NCBI GenBank assembly: GCA_030141605.1
Contig: JAQGDQ010002382.1
Coordinates: 299,594-363,593, forward strand
From: Tubiluchus corallicola
Lineage: Eukaryota > Animalia > Priapulida
Reading direction: 5' to 3'
DNA length: 64,000 nucleotides
Shown here: piece by piece, positions 28,972-39,391 of the stretch
Layout of the letters: every line of letters begins with the position of its first letter
How positions within the stretch are numbered: the stretch's first letter is position 1
Translations under genes and position numbers: made by a program
The notes under the pieces: model-generated
Seen by the model: the letters and a program-made list of their open reading frames with translations, nothing else
The model's database searches: none
Told to the model about the DNA's origin: nothing

Positions 28972-29326
28972 TGTTGTGGAGATCGCTGACGTCAAGTAGA
29001 ATTGCACAGAACGTCGTAGAATGTTCTGTCGGGATGACCGCTTTAGCGTCTGGATTGTTCTCGAACATTTGTTCCAGAAGTTTCTGCAGTGCGCTATATA
29101 AGGCGAAGCAGGCTGCCGACAGGGGATCGCACGCAGATCTAACACGGACTTATACTTACGCATTTATACTTACTTAAACGTTTTCCAGATTTTCACGTTT
29201 ATTGTAATCATTTCAACGTTCCTTCATCTTTTGTATAGTAGAATTCTCGCTAAATAAAGCAGTTTTATTTGACGGCGTGTTTTCTGGTTTTCTCTACGAG
29301 CCTTTCGAGAGAAACTAAACACAACA
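28972..29326 (+). mobile_element. Solo LTR (355 bp) with 5-bp TSD
   Basis: CTAAC|TGTTGT...ACAACA|CTAAC; TATATAA at 29095, AATAAA at 29253. The empty site (gatctaacatgtac) is present in the paralogous units at ~45117 and ~59504. Confidence 0.92.
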
Positions 29327-29421
29327 CTAACTTGTATATTAAGTAATACGATACAGACAACATACTAGATTAAAAATTTCTAGCTTCATATTTGCATTTT
29401 GTTTCTACTCAACAGACCAAG

Positions 29422-32400
29422 ATGACAAGTTTAAATAAGGGATGCACGTTGCCTTTATATGTGGTGGATGCTTTCACAAGCCAGGCATTTGCTGGAAATG
29501 CTACTGTTGTATGTCTAGTGTCACACAATCAGGTAAATTAATGATCTGTCATTAACAAACTTTTCGTCTTAATCTGTTGTCAGCTATTTTTATTGCACTG
29601 TTCTTCACTGCAAATAACTTGTGATCCTATAGCACAAAATCAAAGTCAATGTATGTGGCTTAATCGCACTCTTATTTATGTAAAGATACGAGTTTTTAAC
29701 TACTAACTGATAATGTTTCTTGTTATTTATTTATGCGATTAACTCAATTAATCTACTGTGTTACAATAAATAAATCATTATATTATAATATTTAAATCAC
29801 AGGCTTGCATAATAAAAATCACTGGTTTCCTTTTAGAAATATTGAAACAAATTTAACAAGTTAGATGAAAATAAAAGTGTCCATTTGGTCACAGCTGAAA
29901 TCAATTTGTAATCAATTAAACTTATAACATCAGTCATAATAATGTCAGGATAATGGTGACTGTGCCTTTCAGTTATGTTTGTATTTGGATCTATTATAAC
30001 AGTAGGTGTTTTTCATAAAGCGTTAGTATAATTTTAAGTGAGAATTACAATGAGTATCAATGCAGAAAATGCATTTTGTTGTTGTTGTTGTTTCCGTCTC
30101 TACTGAGGCTTTGTAGTTTCTTTTTGCAATTAGAATAGATATTCTGTGTATTATTTGAACTGTACAAAACAGCAGATATGTTATATGTTCAAAATGTATC
30201 CCAAACTGCCCAAAAGCTGTGTTGTTTTTATTAGTTGAATTGTGGTGTAATCTGCATTTCTTGGGTTATATTATTAAATGGCTGTAGACATTGTGATGTA
30301 TATAGTCCTTCGGTTATTCTATTTTAGGTAATCGACGATGCAAAAATGCAAAAAATTGCTTTCGAAATGAACTTGCCGATAACCGGTTTCATTGCACTGC
30401 CAACAGAAAACGATTCGTTCAAGAATTCTTCCCGTTTTGGTCTACGATGGTTTACCCCTGCCTGCGAATTCCAACTGTGCGGTCATTCCACTCTTGCTGC
30501 TGCCACGGTGCTTTTCTCTTGTGTTGGTAAATTTGCTAAGCAGGACAGAAATGTAAATCTAGAAGCTGAAGCTGAGTCAGTTGCTACTAAATCAGCTGAG
30601 TCACACAGTAAATCAGCTAGCTCGGCTGAAACTGAGTCAGTTGCTACTAAATCAGCTGACACTCACAGTAAATCAGCTAACTCGGCTGAAACTGAGTCAG
30701 TTGCTACTAAATCATCTGACACTCACATAGTAAATCAGCTAGCTCGGCTGAAGTAATTTTAATGTTGTAATTGTAATTTTAAACAAACAAGCATACAAAA
30801 ACATACGTAAACTTGATAAAATCCTAAACAAAAAAATCTTTGCTTACGAATAGCCTAAATTGCTGCAGTTCAAGAATATGCCGGTACATGGTTTTTAAGA
30901 ACGTGACAACTGACAACTGTGTGAGTGACAGTACTTTCTCTACCTTACTGCAGATGCTAGCAGTGCAGCACCATCATGTGCTCTGGTTCCGTACAAGTAT
31001 AAAGAAAGAACTAAAGAAAAAAGACTTATTGTATTGAATATTATCGATAATATTGAGTGAAAATAGGGGGCGCTGCAGTTCTGATACTTATACACAACCG
31101 CCACTGTGCTGCATAAACACTAGGCCAAGTTGACCAAAACCTAAATTTTCCTAAGTGAACTTGGTTCAGGAATTGACACTTATGATTACTCCTTCAGTGG
31201 CTTACTTACTGGAGTTCACCATTACGAATGACAGATTGTGATTCTTATGTCCTGCAGCAACAATTTAGTGTTAGTTTGAATAGTTCTATTTGTGAACTGG
31301 TTTAAGTGATTCGACAGCACGCCCCTTTATATGCCATATATCTCTCATAATTTATGTACTCGCGATGTTAAAAAAATCTCCTGGCTTATAATCTGGCAAC
31401 TCTAGCAATGGATTTATTGAAAATATAATTTAAATCCAACCCTTGGCAAGGCTTATCTGGATTACCAACAAATCAATACTAAACACCAAAATGATCCCAT
31501 ACCTGTGGCTAATGTTGCCTATTTGTGCATTTTATTTAATTTTGAATTGACTGCTTTCTCATTCAAAAATTTCTGAAGTTTAGTATCTCTGCCAGCACAC
31601 GTACAATATGACCGCATTGCAACCAGTGATTTCATCATCATCATAAGCCTGTTACATTATTTCTAGACATTGGGCAGGCAAAATTCTAAAATAATAGAAA
31701 TCTGTCCTCAAAACAGGTAAACACAGCAGTAATCTAACAAAAACTGGACACTGCTATGCCAGTGACTTTTTCGCAAGAGCAAAAATCATCACAGCCGGCA
31801 AAAATGTCAGCTACCTCGACTTCCGTCACCGAGCGGCTGGCACGACTAAAGCTGGGTTTCTTATCGGCTAGGTCGACTGTAGAAATAAACCGGCTGGAGC
31901 TGAGCTGAAGCGGTACGGCTCTGGCTTCTATGGCGATCCCATAAGTATTTTTCACGTTGTCTTGAAAATCAGGGAGTTTTTATTTGCCAACCTAATACCA
32001 AACGAATTCACTGTGAATTTATTTGTGTGCTAATGTGTTTACTTCAAATAAGCTTCCATGCAGTTTTGCTTTTTTTTCTTCTATTGCTTGGAGATTGTGT
32101 GCCTTTTTTTGCATTTTAGGACTTAAAGCATTCCGCTGTTTTCAGTTCTCATCATATTTGGCATTTTCTTAGGAGACTGTCAGCTTTCCCTTCTTTTTAT
32201 CTGCACTTTAAAAAATTGGAAAAGAAAAATAGTGCCTGTTAACCATATTCTAAACCATATTCTATTCAAATAATGAAATTACAATTAGGCATTGCAATAT
32301 TTGATTGTATTGCTAATCCACTAATGCTACGATTAGGCTCTAAATATTTGTGAAATTGATAATCATTATGATAGGCAGGTCTGAAATTAAAAGGCAGCTA

Positions 32401-35400
32401 GTGAATATATCTACAGCTATGTAAATTATTACAGGTAACGAATTTACAGAGATTACATTTGATACGCTGAGTGGACCACTTGTTGCCAGAAAAAAAGAGG
32501 ACAATATGATTCTGCTTGATTTTCCTGCTAATCCAACTATTAGTGTTAACAAGGAAAATGTGAAAGAGCTTTTAAAGGTACCTACTCTTTTGAATGAGCT
32601 GTAAAACAAGTTTGCTTGGGTTTTTGTTGTAAGTAATTTTATCATTGAAGCTTTTAGCAGGTAGGTGGTTGACAGTTTGGAAGACATTCTGACACCTTGG
32701 TATATTTATGTATTTTAGGAAATTTCCAGGCTTACTCGTTTTAACTGTGTGTGCTGGCCATGTTTTTCAAATGTATCATATGGGCTGTTTTTTTGGTCAA
32801 TAGCTAAATTGCAGCTTTGCACAGACTTTTTTGAAGGCATATTACTTAGTATTATCTTACTTGTATTACTTAGTATTACGCTTTCTTGCCTGCAATACTC
32901 ATGTAAATAGAAAAGACACATTTTCTAGCTTTATGTAAGTAAAGGGCTTTCTTGCCTGCAATACTCATGTAAATAGAAAAGACACATTTTCTAGCTTTAT
33001 GTAAGTAAAGGGCTTTCTTGCCTGCAATACTCATGTAAATAGAAAAGACACATTTTCTAGCTTTATGTAAGTAAAGGGCTTTCTTGCCTGCAATACTCTT
33101 GTAAATAGAAAAGACACATTTTCTAGCTTTATGTAAGTAAAGGGCTTTCTTGCCTGCAATACTCATGTAAATAGAAAAGACACATTTTCTAGCTTTATGT
33201 AAGTAAAGGGCTTTCTTGCCTTTTATGACAATTTTTTGGTGTTTTAATTAACCCTATTCAGTTTTTGAATTTACCTGAAGAGGGGGACAGCATGAGAGGA
33301 GCATGGAAATTATTCAAAGGTGGGACGGGGTGGGGTGGTTACAGTAATGGTGGCAGTGAAGCGCTTGCTGTTACTTTATTGTTTCTTTTTACTGGCTGTT
33401 ACACACCCGTGCATGCATGCACACGCACGCACACACCCACACACACACACTGTTACATAATATAGTAAAGTATATCATATCACTCTTTTCGGTGATTCTA
33501 GATTGCATAGCACTCCTACAATAGGACTAGTTGAAGTTTAGCAAACAACTATCACAATTACTAACCTGACATTCTGTGCATTAAATTTAGAAATCCACAG
33601 ATTAAAGATACGAGACAATGCCGCTATGATAAAACTAAGGGTGCATTCAGACTAGCGAGTTTTCTGTTGGGAGTTTTTCTCTAACACCAAACTTGCAAGT
33701 GTGAACTGCTTTGCGAGTTACTATCGACAAGTCATTGCACACTTTCAGACAGTTGCTACGAAATGATTTCCTGTTTAGTGTGAACAGTCTCAGCGAGTTA
33801 CTCTTGACACTGCTCCCAGTGAATAGAGGAGGAGTATCAGCTGGTGTTTACTTCATGCTGGAGAATTTTGTTCTTTAGTCTGAACGTGCTTGCGAGTTAC
33901 TTGGCGAGAAAATTTGCTAGTATGAATGCTTCATTACTCTCAAAAGCAGTGCGACAAAATATCAACATTCTTGCAACAGTCAAGTCATCTAAATTCTTCT
34001 TTGTAAAAAGTATTTTGGTCCAAACTTTAATACACTGTAGAATCTTACGTGAATGTTTTTTATAATACAGGTACTTGTTGGAGATTTACCTATTGTTGAT
34101 GTGGAGTATGCTCCTGTTATACAACAAATGATTGTGTGTCTTCAAGATTCTGTGTCCAGGTGTGCATGTTGATAATTTTTTATTTGGTTTGTCGTGTGTC
34201 ATTCGTTTTGCACTTTTCATTTGCTTTCATGTTATTATACATACTATAAAATTGCTGCAAATTGCACAAATCTGCAATTAATCTCTATTTCTATGAAGTG
34301 TGTTTGTGTATGTTTGTTTATTTGTTTGCTATAAAGTCCTGTTTTATTTATTTAACTTAAAATTTGGTCTATTAAGTTGCTAATACATCACACTCCCCAT
34401 TGAATTATGGGATATGTACAGTTATGTGCAGAAATCAATTAACAAAAGCTGAAGTCAGTCTACTTTTTAACTTTTGGCAGGAGTTCTACTTACATGAAAA
34501 AGAATTTAAAATACACTATGTTTCAGTCCATTGTTGGGTTCATTCTCTCATTGTCTCATTTTTCATTCATTAGTCATTGATGTTATTATTGTTGTAAGTA
34601 TAAGGCTTCATGTGTGTGTGTGTGTTTTACCTTCAGGCAAGGACTACTATACAACAGGACGTGCACAGTCAGATCTCTGATTCCGCCAGCGGAGGCGATC
34701 AATACTTGTAATGAACGTAATCTAGAAATAGTGCGCTTTAGAGAGTAGTGATCTTGGAAATTAAAGAATGGACGGATCGGTAGATAGCGAGTATTATTTT
34801 TCATTTAATTGGTTCTTTACATTACGGGAGAAAAGTTCCAATTGTTTATTTTATGTATCAAAGGAAATTAGTGTTCATTTTTACTTCTTAAATAGCGCAC
34901 TACTTTAGGCGTAAGTGTGTTTTACCGGAAGTAGTGCTTTGTCATTGTTAATGTGTCATTGTTCAAAGTCAAGTGAAGCGTTGTTTTCGTGCTTGTGTTT
35001 GTTTCTTTTGGGATTATTTTCAAAATTTCTCGTGGATTTTATACATCTGTGCTCAGCAGCATGCCTAACAAGGTAACTATGACACGGAGAACAAGTGTCG
35101 TGTGTTCAGACTGCCAAGAGATCATGTAGAAAAACAGAAATGGCTAAGTGTTCTTCCCCCACGCGAAGGCTTTGTTGTTGATCCATCGAAATTTTTCATT
35201 TGCGAAAAGCATTGGCCATCGGATACTCAAATAGTCAAAATTCCAGGTGGTCACACCAGCCAGTGGATCCACCCAGTATTTTCAACGTTCCAACATCATG
35301 CTTGCCCACTCCAAAGCCACCACCTCGCCCTCCAAAAACTGAGGACCAGCAGCTGAATTATTTCTTTAAAAAGGATAAAATAACTTATCTCAATGAATTC

Positions 35401-38400
35401 ACTCCTGAGAAAGACCTGCATAAGACGTATCAGAACCTCATTATATCTCGCGCACAAGACAAATTTGTGTGCATGTTCATGGAAGAGGACCACAGTCAAT
35501 GTTATATGTCAATTATTGTTCACAATAAGCCTACCTTGTGTTCCCCTCTTACTCTGTATGCTTTCAAAAACGGGATCAGTGTGCCATTAATTAAAATCCT
35601 CAGTCCGAACAATGGACTGTCCTCTTACTCACAATTTTTCGCGGTTGTGAATTCTGTTGTCAACCACATTCATCATGTTGATGATATTGTCAACAAAGTG
35701 ACAAAGTCTCTTGAACTTGAACTAGCTCAAAATCGAGAACAATCTCCTAGTGTTAATGCTAAAGCCAAGAAGCTCAAATTTCTAACACGACAGCTTCGAC
35801 TATTATGTGATAAGACTTTCACAGTGTCTGATTATTGCTTTGCAATAGAGTCATTTCCCCATTGCAATTACGAACAACTGCGTGACTTTTTAGTGTTACC
35901 CAGCAAAAGAAAGCTGCAGTCAGTTATTTCATCGACAGATATTGACAAGGTGCTAGGTAAAACATTTCAGAAAGTAAAAAGCTCTGAGCAGAAACACTGT
36001 ATGCTATTGGTGGATGAAGTGAAAATATGCCCAACAGTGGCTTAAGGTCCCATGTTGCTTAATTTTGCAGCTAAGGACACTGTGAGCAACAAGCTAATCC
36101 TGTCATTCGTGATAAAACAATAAAGAGACATTTATTTTCAGGGAGATCTTGGAAGCAAGGGCACCGGATATTTTTGCTCTTCCTGCAGCTAACACATCCC
36201 TGATGAAACTGTACGGTGTCCACTTGACGGTTAAAGCTCCAGCCAACTCCGGCTATGACTTTTATTCCCGCAGTTTTTTTCCCTGGATTGGAACGTCTGA
36301 AGATCCAGTTTGTGGTAAACAATTTGCATTGTTTATGTAAGAATGAATGAATATACTATTGATATATATGAATTAATTATAATTATCTTTGCTTTAAAGT
36401 AAAGCTAAACAAAAGAAATTATGTTTATTATTCTTGATGTGCACCATTTTGCTGCGTCTGTGTTTGCCAGTAAGTGGCGTACTCTACTGGCGTTGTTTTG
36501 TAACTTTTCTTTCTCTTTTGAAATGCAGCACAACTAGGGTTGTGGTTTATACAGTAAAATAATTAATATTGGAACATACGATAATTTGAGGCTTCATGCC
36601 ATACAAAAGAGGTAGCTATACGAAGATTGTTAATTAGTTAGTTAGCTATATAAGCTAGTCAGTTAGTCAATCAGTTAGTTTTGGCAAGTTTTCAGTATGG
36701 CATGTTGGGTTGGACAGCTGGGTGTTCTTGGCACTCTTGGCGGCTTTACATTCTTGGAGGCTTGGCGATGGGGTGGAAGACAGAGGCAAGATTTGGAGTG
36801 GAAAACAGGTAGAGTGTCGGCAGTGGGACTGATGTAGGAAGATAGTAGGGTGTGAAGAGAACCACCTAAACTGCAAGAGTGCCCAAATCAATACCAAAAC
36901 ACTAAAATGATCCCATGCGTGTGTCTAACATTGCCTATTTTTGTGTTTAATTTTGAATTGACTGCTTTCTCATTAAAAAATTTTTCAAAGATAGTATCTC
37001 TGCCAGCACACGCACACAGTATGACCACGAATCCGTAGTGCATTCGCCAAATTTCACCCAGTGATTTCGTCATCATCACAAGCCTGTTATGTCAATTGTA
37101 GACATTGGGTAGGCAGAACTCTAAAATAAAAGAAATCTGCCCTCAAGACAGGTAAACACAGCAGTAACCTAGCAAAAAACTAGACACTGCTTTGGCAGTG
37201 GCTTGTTCGCAAGAGCTAAAATCTTCGCAGCCGGCAAAAATGTCGGCTGGCTCCACTCATCTCTGAGTGGCTGGTGCGACTAAAGCTGGGTTTCTTATCG
37301 GCTAGGTCGACTGTAGAAGTGAATTGCCTGGAGTTCAGCTGAAACGACATGGCTCATGCCTCTAGTTTTAAGATGAAGATTAGTTTTAGTTTTGTTCTGT
37401 GTTAGTCTTGCATTTTCTGTCTTAAGTCTGACTGAAAATCACTATGTCACTGAAGGAGTTGCCAGTTTTATGGTTTTTCTGTTGAGGTGGTTTCTAACTT
37501 TGCAGTTTTTATGAGAATAATGAAATTTTGGCCACAAAATATTCTATCCAGTACAGAAGGACTTATGTGGTAATAGTTCCAGTGAATAAAGTATACATTG
37601 TAGGCCTGATTTTCAAAAACATGAAATGTTTTTTTTTCAAAAACATGAAAAGCCTATCTTAATTCATTATATTTGCATGTTTAAAGTTTGCAATGTTTGA
37701 TGCCAGTAATCTCCAACTAATTTCTGACTATGTTAGGGTCGGCTCACACTATATTTGGTTGTTACTGGCAAAAAGTGCTGGGAAAATCAACTTTTCAAGG
37801 TAGGATAATTTGCTGTTTTATGACGTTTGTTATAATTTAACTTATGATGCTTATTCGTTTATGATCTGATTTTGTATGTTTTTCAGTATGTCAGTAGATC
37901 TCAATTTAAATTCTGTGCAAGATTATTACCATGCTGACAAAGAGCGACATAGGTTTGATTTACTTAATGTCGTACAGCACACTGTAATTTAATGTGTGTA
38001 AAGTCCTCGAAAGGTTAAAAAATGAAAATTTCCAGCCATTGTAAATAACTGCGTCTTAGTTTACATAATTTTTCACAAAAAATTACAGAATGCTATAAAA
38101 TATAATTGTTATTTTGAACAATATATATTTTTAGTGGCCAGTCACAAAGTATAATTACTGCCCTGCAATACCATATCACATAGACTTGTGCAGCATATGT
38201 TACCGGAACAGTATCTTGCTTAACCCTTTTACCGCCTCCATGATGTACTATTATGTCTATTTTTTGTATTGGCTTATGCCTATTTGATGTACATATTTAT
38301 CATTAGTATCTAGCGCTCCATTTAAACTCTGGCGAAGTGTATTATCGCTTAGTTTAGTACGTTTAGACAGCTAGCAGGGCCCAGCACAGCTCCAGGAATA

Positions 38401-39391
38401 TGTGTAAACTGAGTTTGACCTTATTTCCTTGGCTACATAGCACATCTGCTACGTACATATATGTCTTCGACTGTGAATTCTGCATCATTTGAAATTTGCT
38501 GTTTTTGCACATTTTTATTATTATTAATAATAATCTTTTGTTCGTATAAAATTTTTTATACAGCAATGTAGTTTTAGTATAAATAATTAATACAATGAAA
38601 AATAATTTTTGTTAGTAATTAAAAAACAAGAGATTTAGAGATTTTAAGACAATTTTCAGCAAAAAGCTTAAAGATTTGATAGTTTTGGAGGTTTTAATGC
38701 ATATGCACACTCTCCCACTTATTTTAGAGATGATGGACCTATATATATATATATATATATATATATGTTCTAAACATTCTTGATAGATATATAAAAATGA
38801 TCTGTAAAGGGATTATTATTCTTGTACACAATTCTACGTGATTTTAAGGCTTTTGGTTTTTGCATGTATTTTACTTTTGATAAATGTATACCAAAACAAA
38901 TATATTTTTAATTGTGACTTGCACAAGTTGATTTTCGGGCTGAATTTAGGGGCTGAAGCTGTTTTACTTGCATGACACTATAATTTTGCTTTGGAGGTTC
39001 ATTTATTGATCTAAATTCAGTTTCATGTGCAGTTTCATATCACCATATTGCCTCATTTGCAAATAAATATAAAACTTAAACAAGTAAGTAAATATATAGG
39101 CCTAACAAATTTTCGTGAATGAATGTAATGATTGATTGATTGAATGAATGAATGAATAGGTGGGTGCATGATTGATTTTTATTTGGCTTGTTGAAATCAT
39201 ATCTTTTTTTCTTATGAACAATATCAAAATAAAGTTGCAAAGTTGTTATTTTGTCATGTGCTTTGTGCGTTTTTGTAGCTCGTCAGTGCTCAAAAAGAGG
39301 AGGAGATGTCTACGTGAATGTACGAGAAGACAAGAGAGTCGAGATTGGAGGCAAGTCTGTAGTCGTTATAGAAGGAAAGATCTATTTATAG
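29422..39391 (+). CDS. PBLD: PhzF/PBLD-family protein (phenazine biosynthesis-like, DAP-epimerase fold), copy 1, 296 aa
   Basis: Exons 29422-29532, 30328-30526, 32435-32577, 34071-34159, 36142-36314, 37737-37799 and 39279-39391 total 891 nt, in frame. Motifs VVDAFT..FAGN, LRWFTP..LCGH, FDTLSG, LDFP, DFYSR.FFPW..EDPVCGSAH, ARQCSKRGG. Confidence 0.95.
30563..30751. repeat. ~60-bp tandem repeat x3 in PBLD copy 1 intron 2
   Basis: The GCTGAAACTGAGTCAGTTGCTACTAAATCAGCTGAC..CAGTAAATCAGCTA unit is repeated; copies 2 and 3 have a single unit. Confidence 0.9.
31473..31930. repeat. Dispersed ~450-bp repeat present twice per PBLD gene
   Basis: Homologous to ~36888-37365, 46693-47155, 51840-52320 and 61080-61540 (shared AAATGATCCCAT..GGCTAGGTCGACTGTAGAA). 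Confidence 0.8.
32880..33220. repeat. 66-bp minisatellite x5 (copy 1 only)
   Basis: CTTTCTTGCCTGCAATACTCATGTAAATAGAAAAGACACATTTTCTAGCTTTATGTAAGTAAAGGG at 32881, 32947, 33013, 33079 and 33145. A single unit is present at ~48107 and ~62494. Confidence 0.97.
33639..33933. mobile_element. PIF/Harbinger-type MITE (also 48610-48904 and 62999-63293)
   Basis: TAA|GGGTGCATTCAGACTAGCGAGTTTTCT ... AGAAAATTTGCTAGTATGAATGCTTCA|TTA: imperfect TIRs with TWA flanks. Confidence 0.7.
34638..36044 (+). mobile_element. Truncated THAP-domain / P-element-like transposase
   Basis: Starts CAAGG exactly where copy 1 departs from copy 2. THAP-like FRLP..KWL..FFICEKHW..DPPSIF (35061-35290, frameshifted, N-terminal Cys pair missing), then YEQLRDFLVLPSKRKLQ..CMLLVDEVKI (P-transposase core start), cut at 36045. 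Confidence 0.85.

Noticed and set aside
32876-33220. CRISPR-like array or repeat protein
   Set aside because: Units are contiguous with no unique spacers, the context is a eukaryotic intron, and the ORF is a by-product of a 66-bp period.
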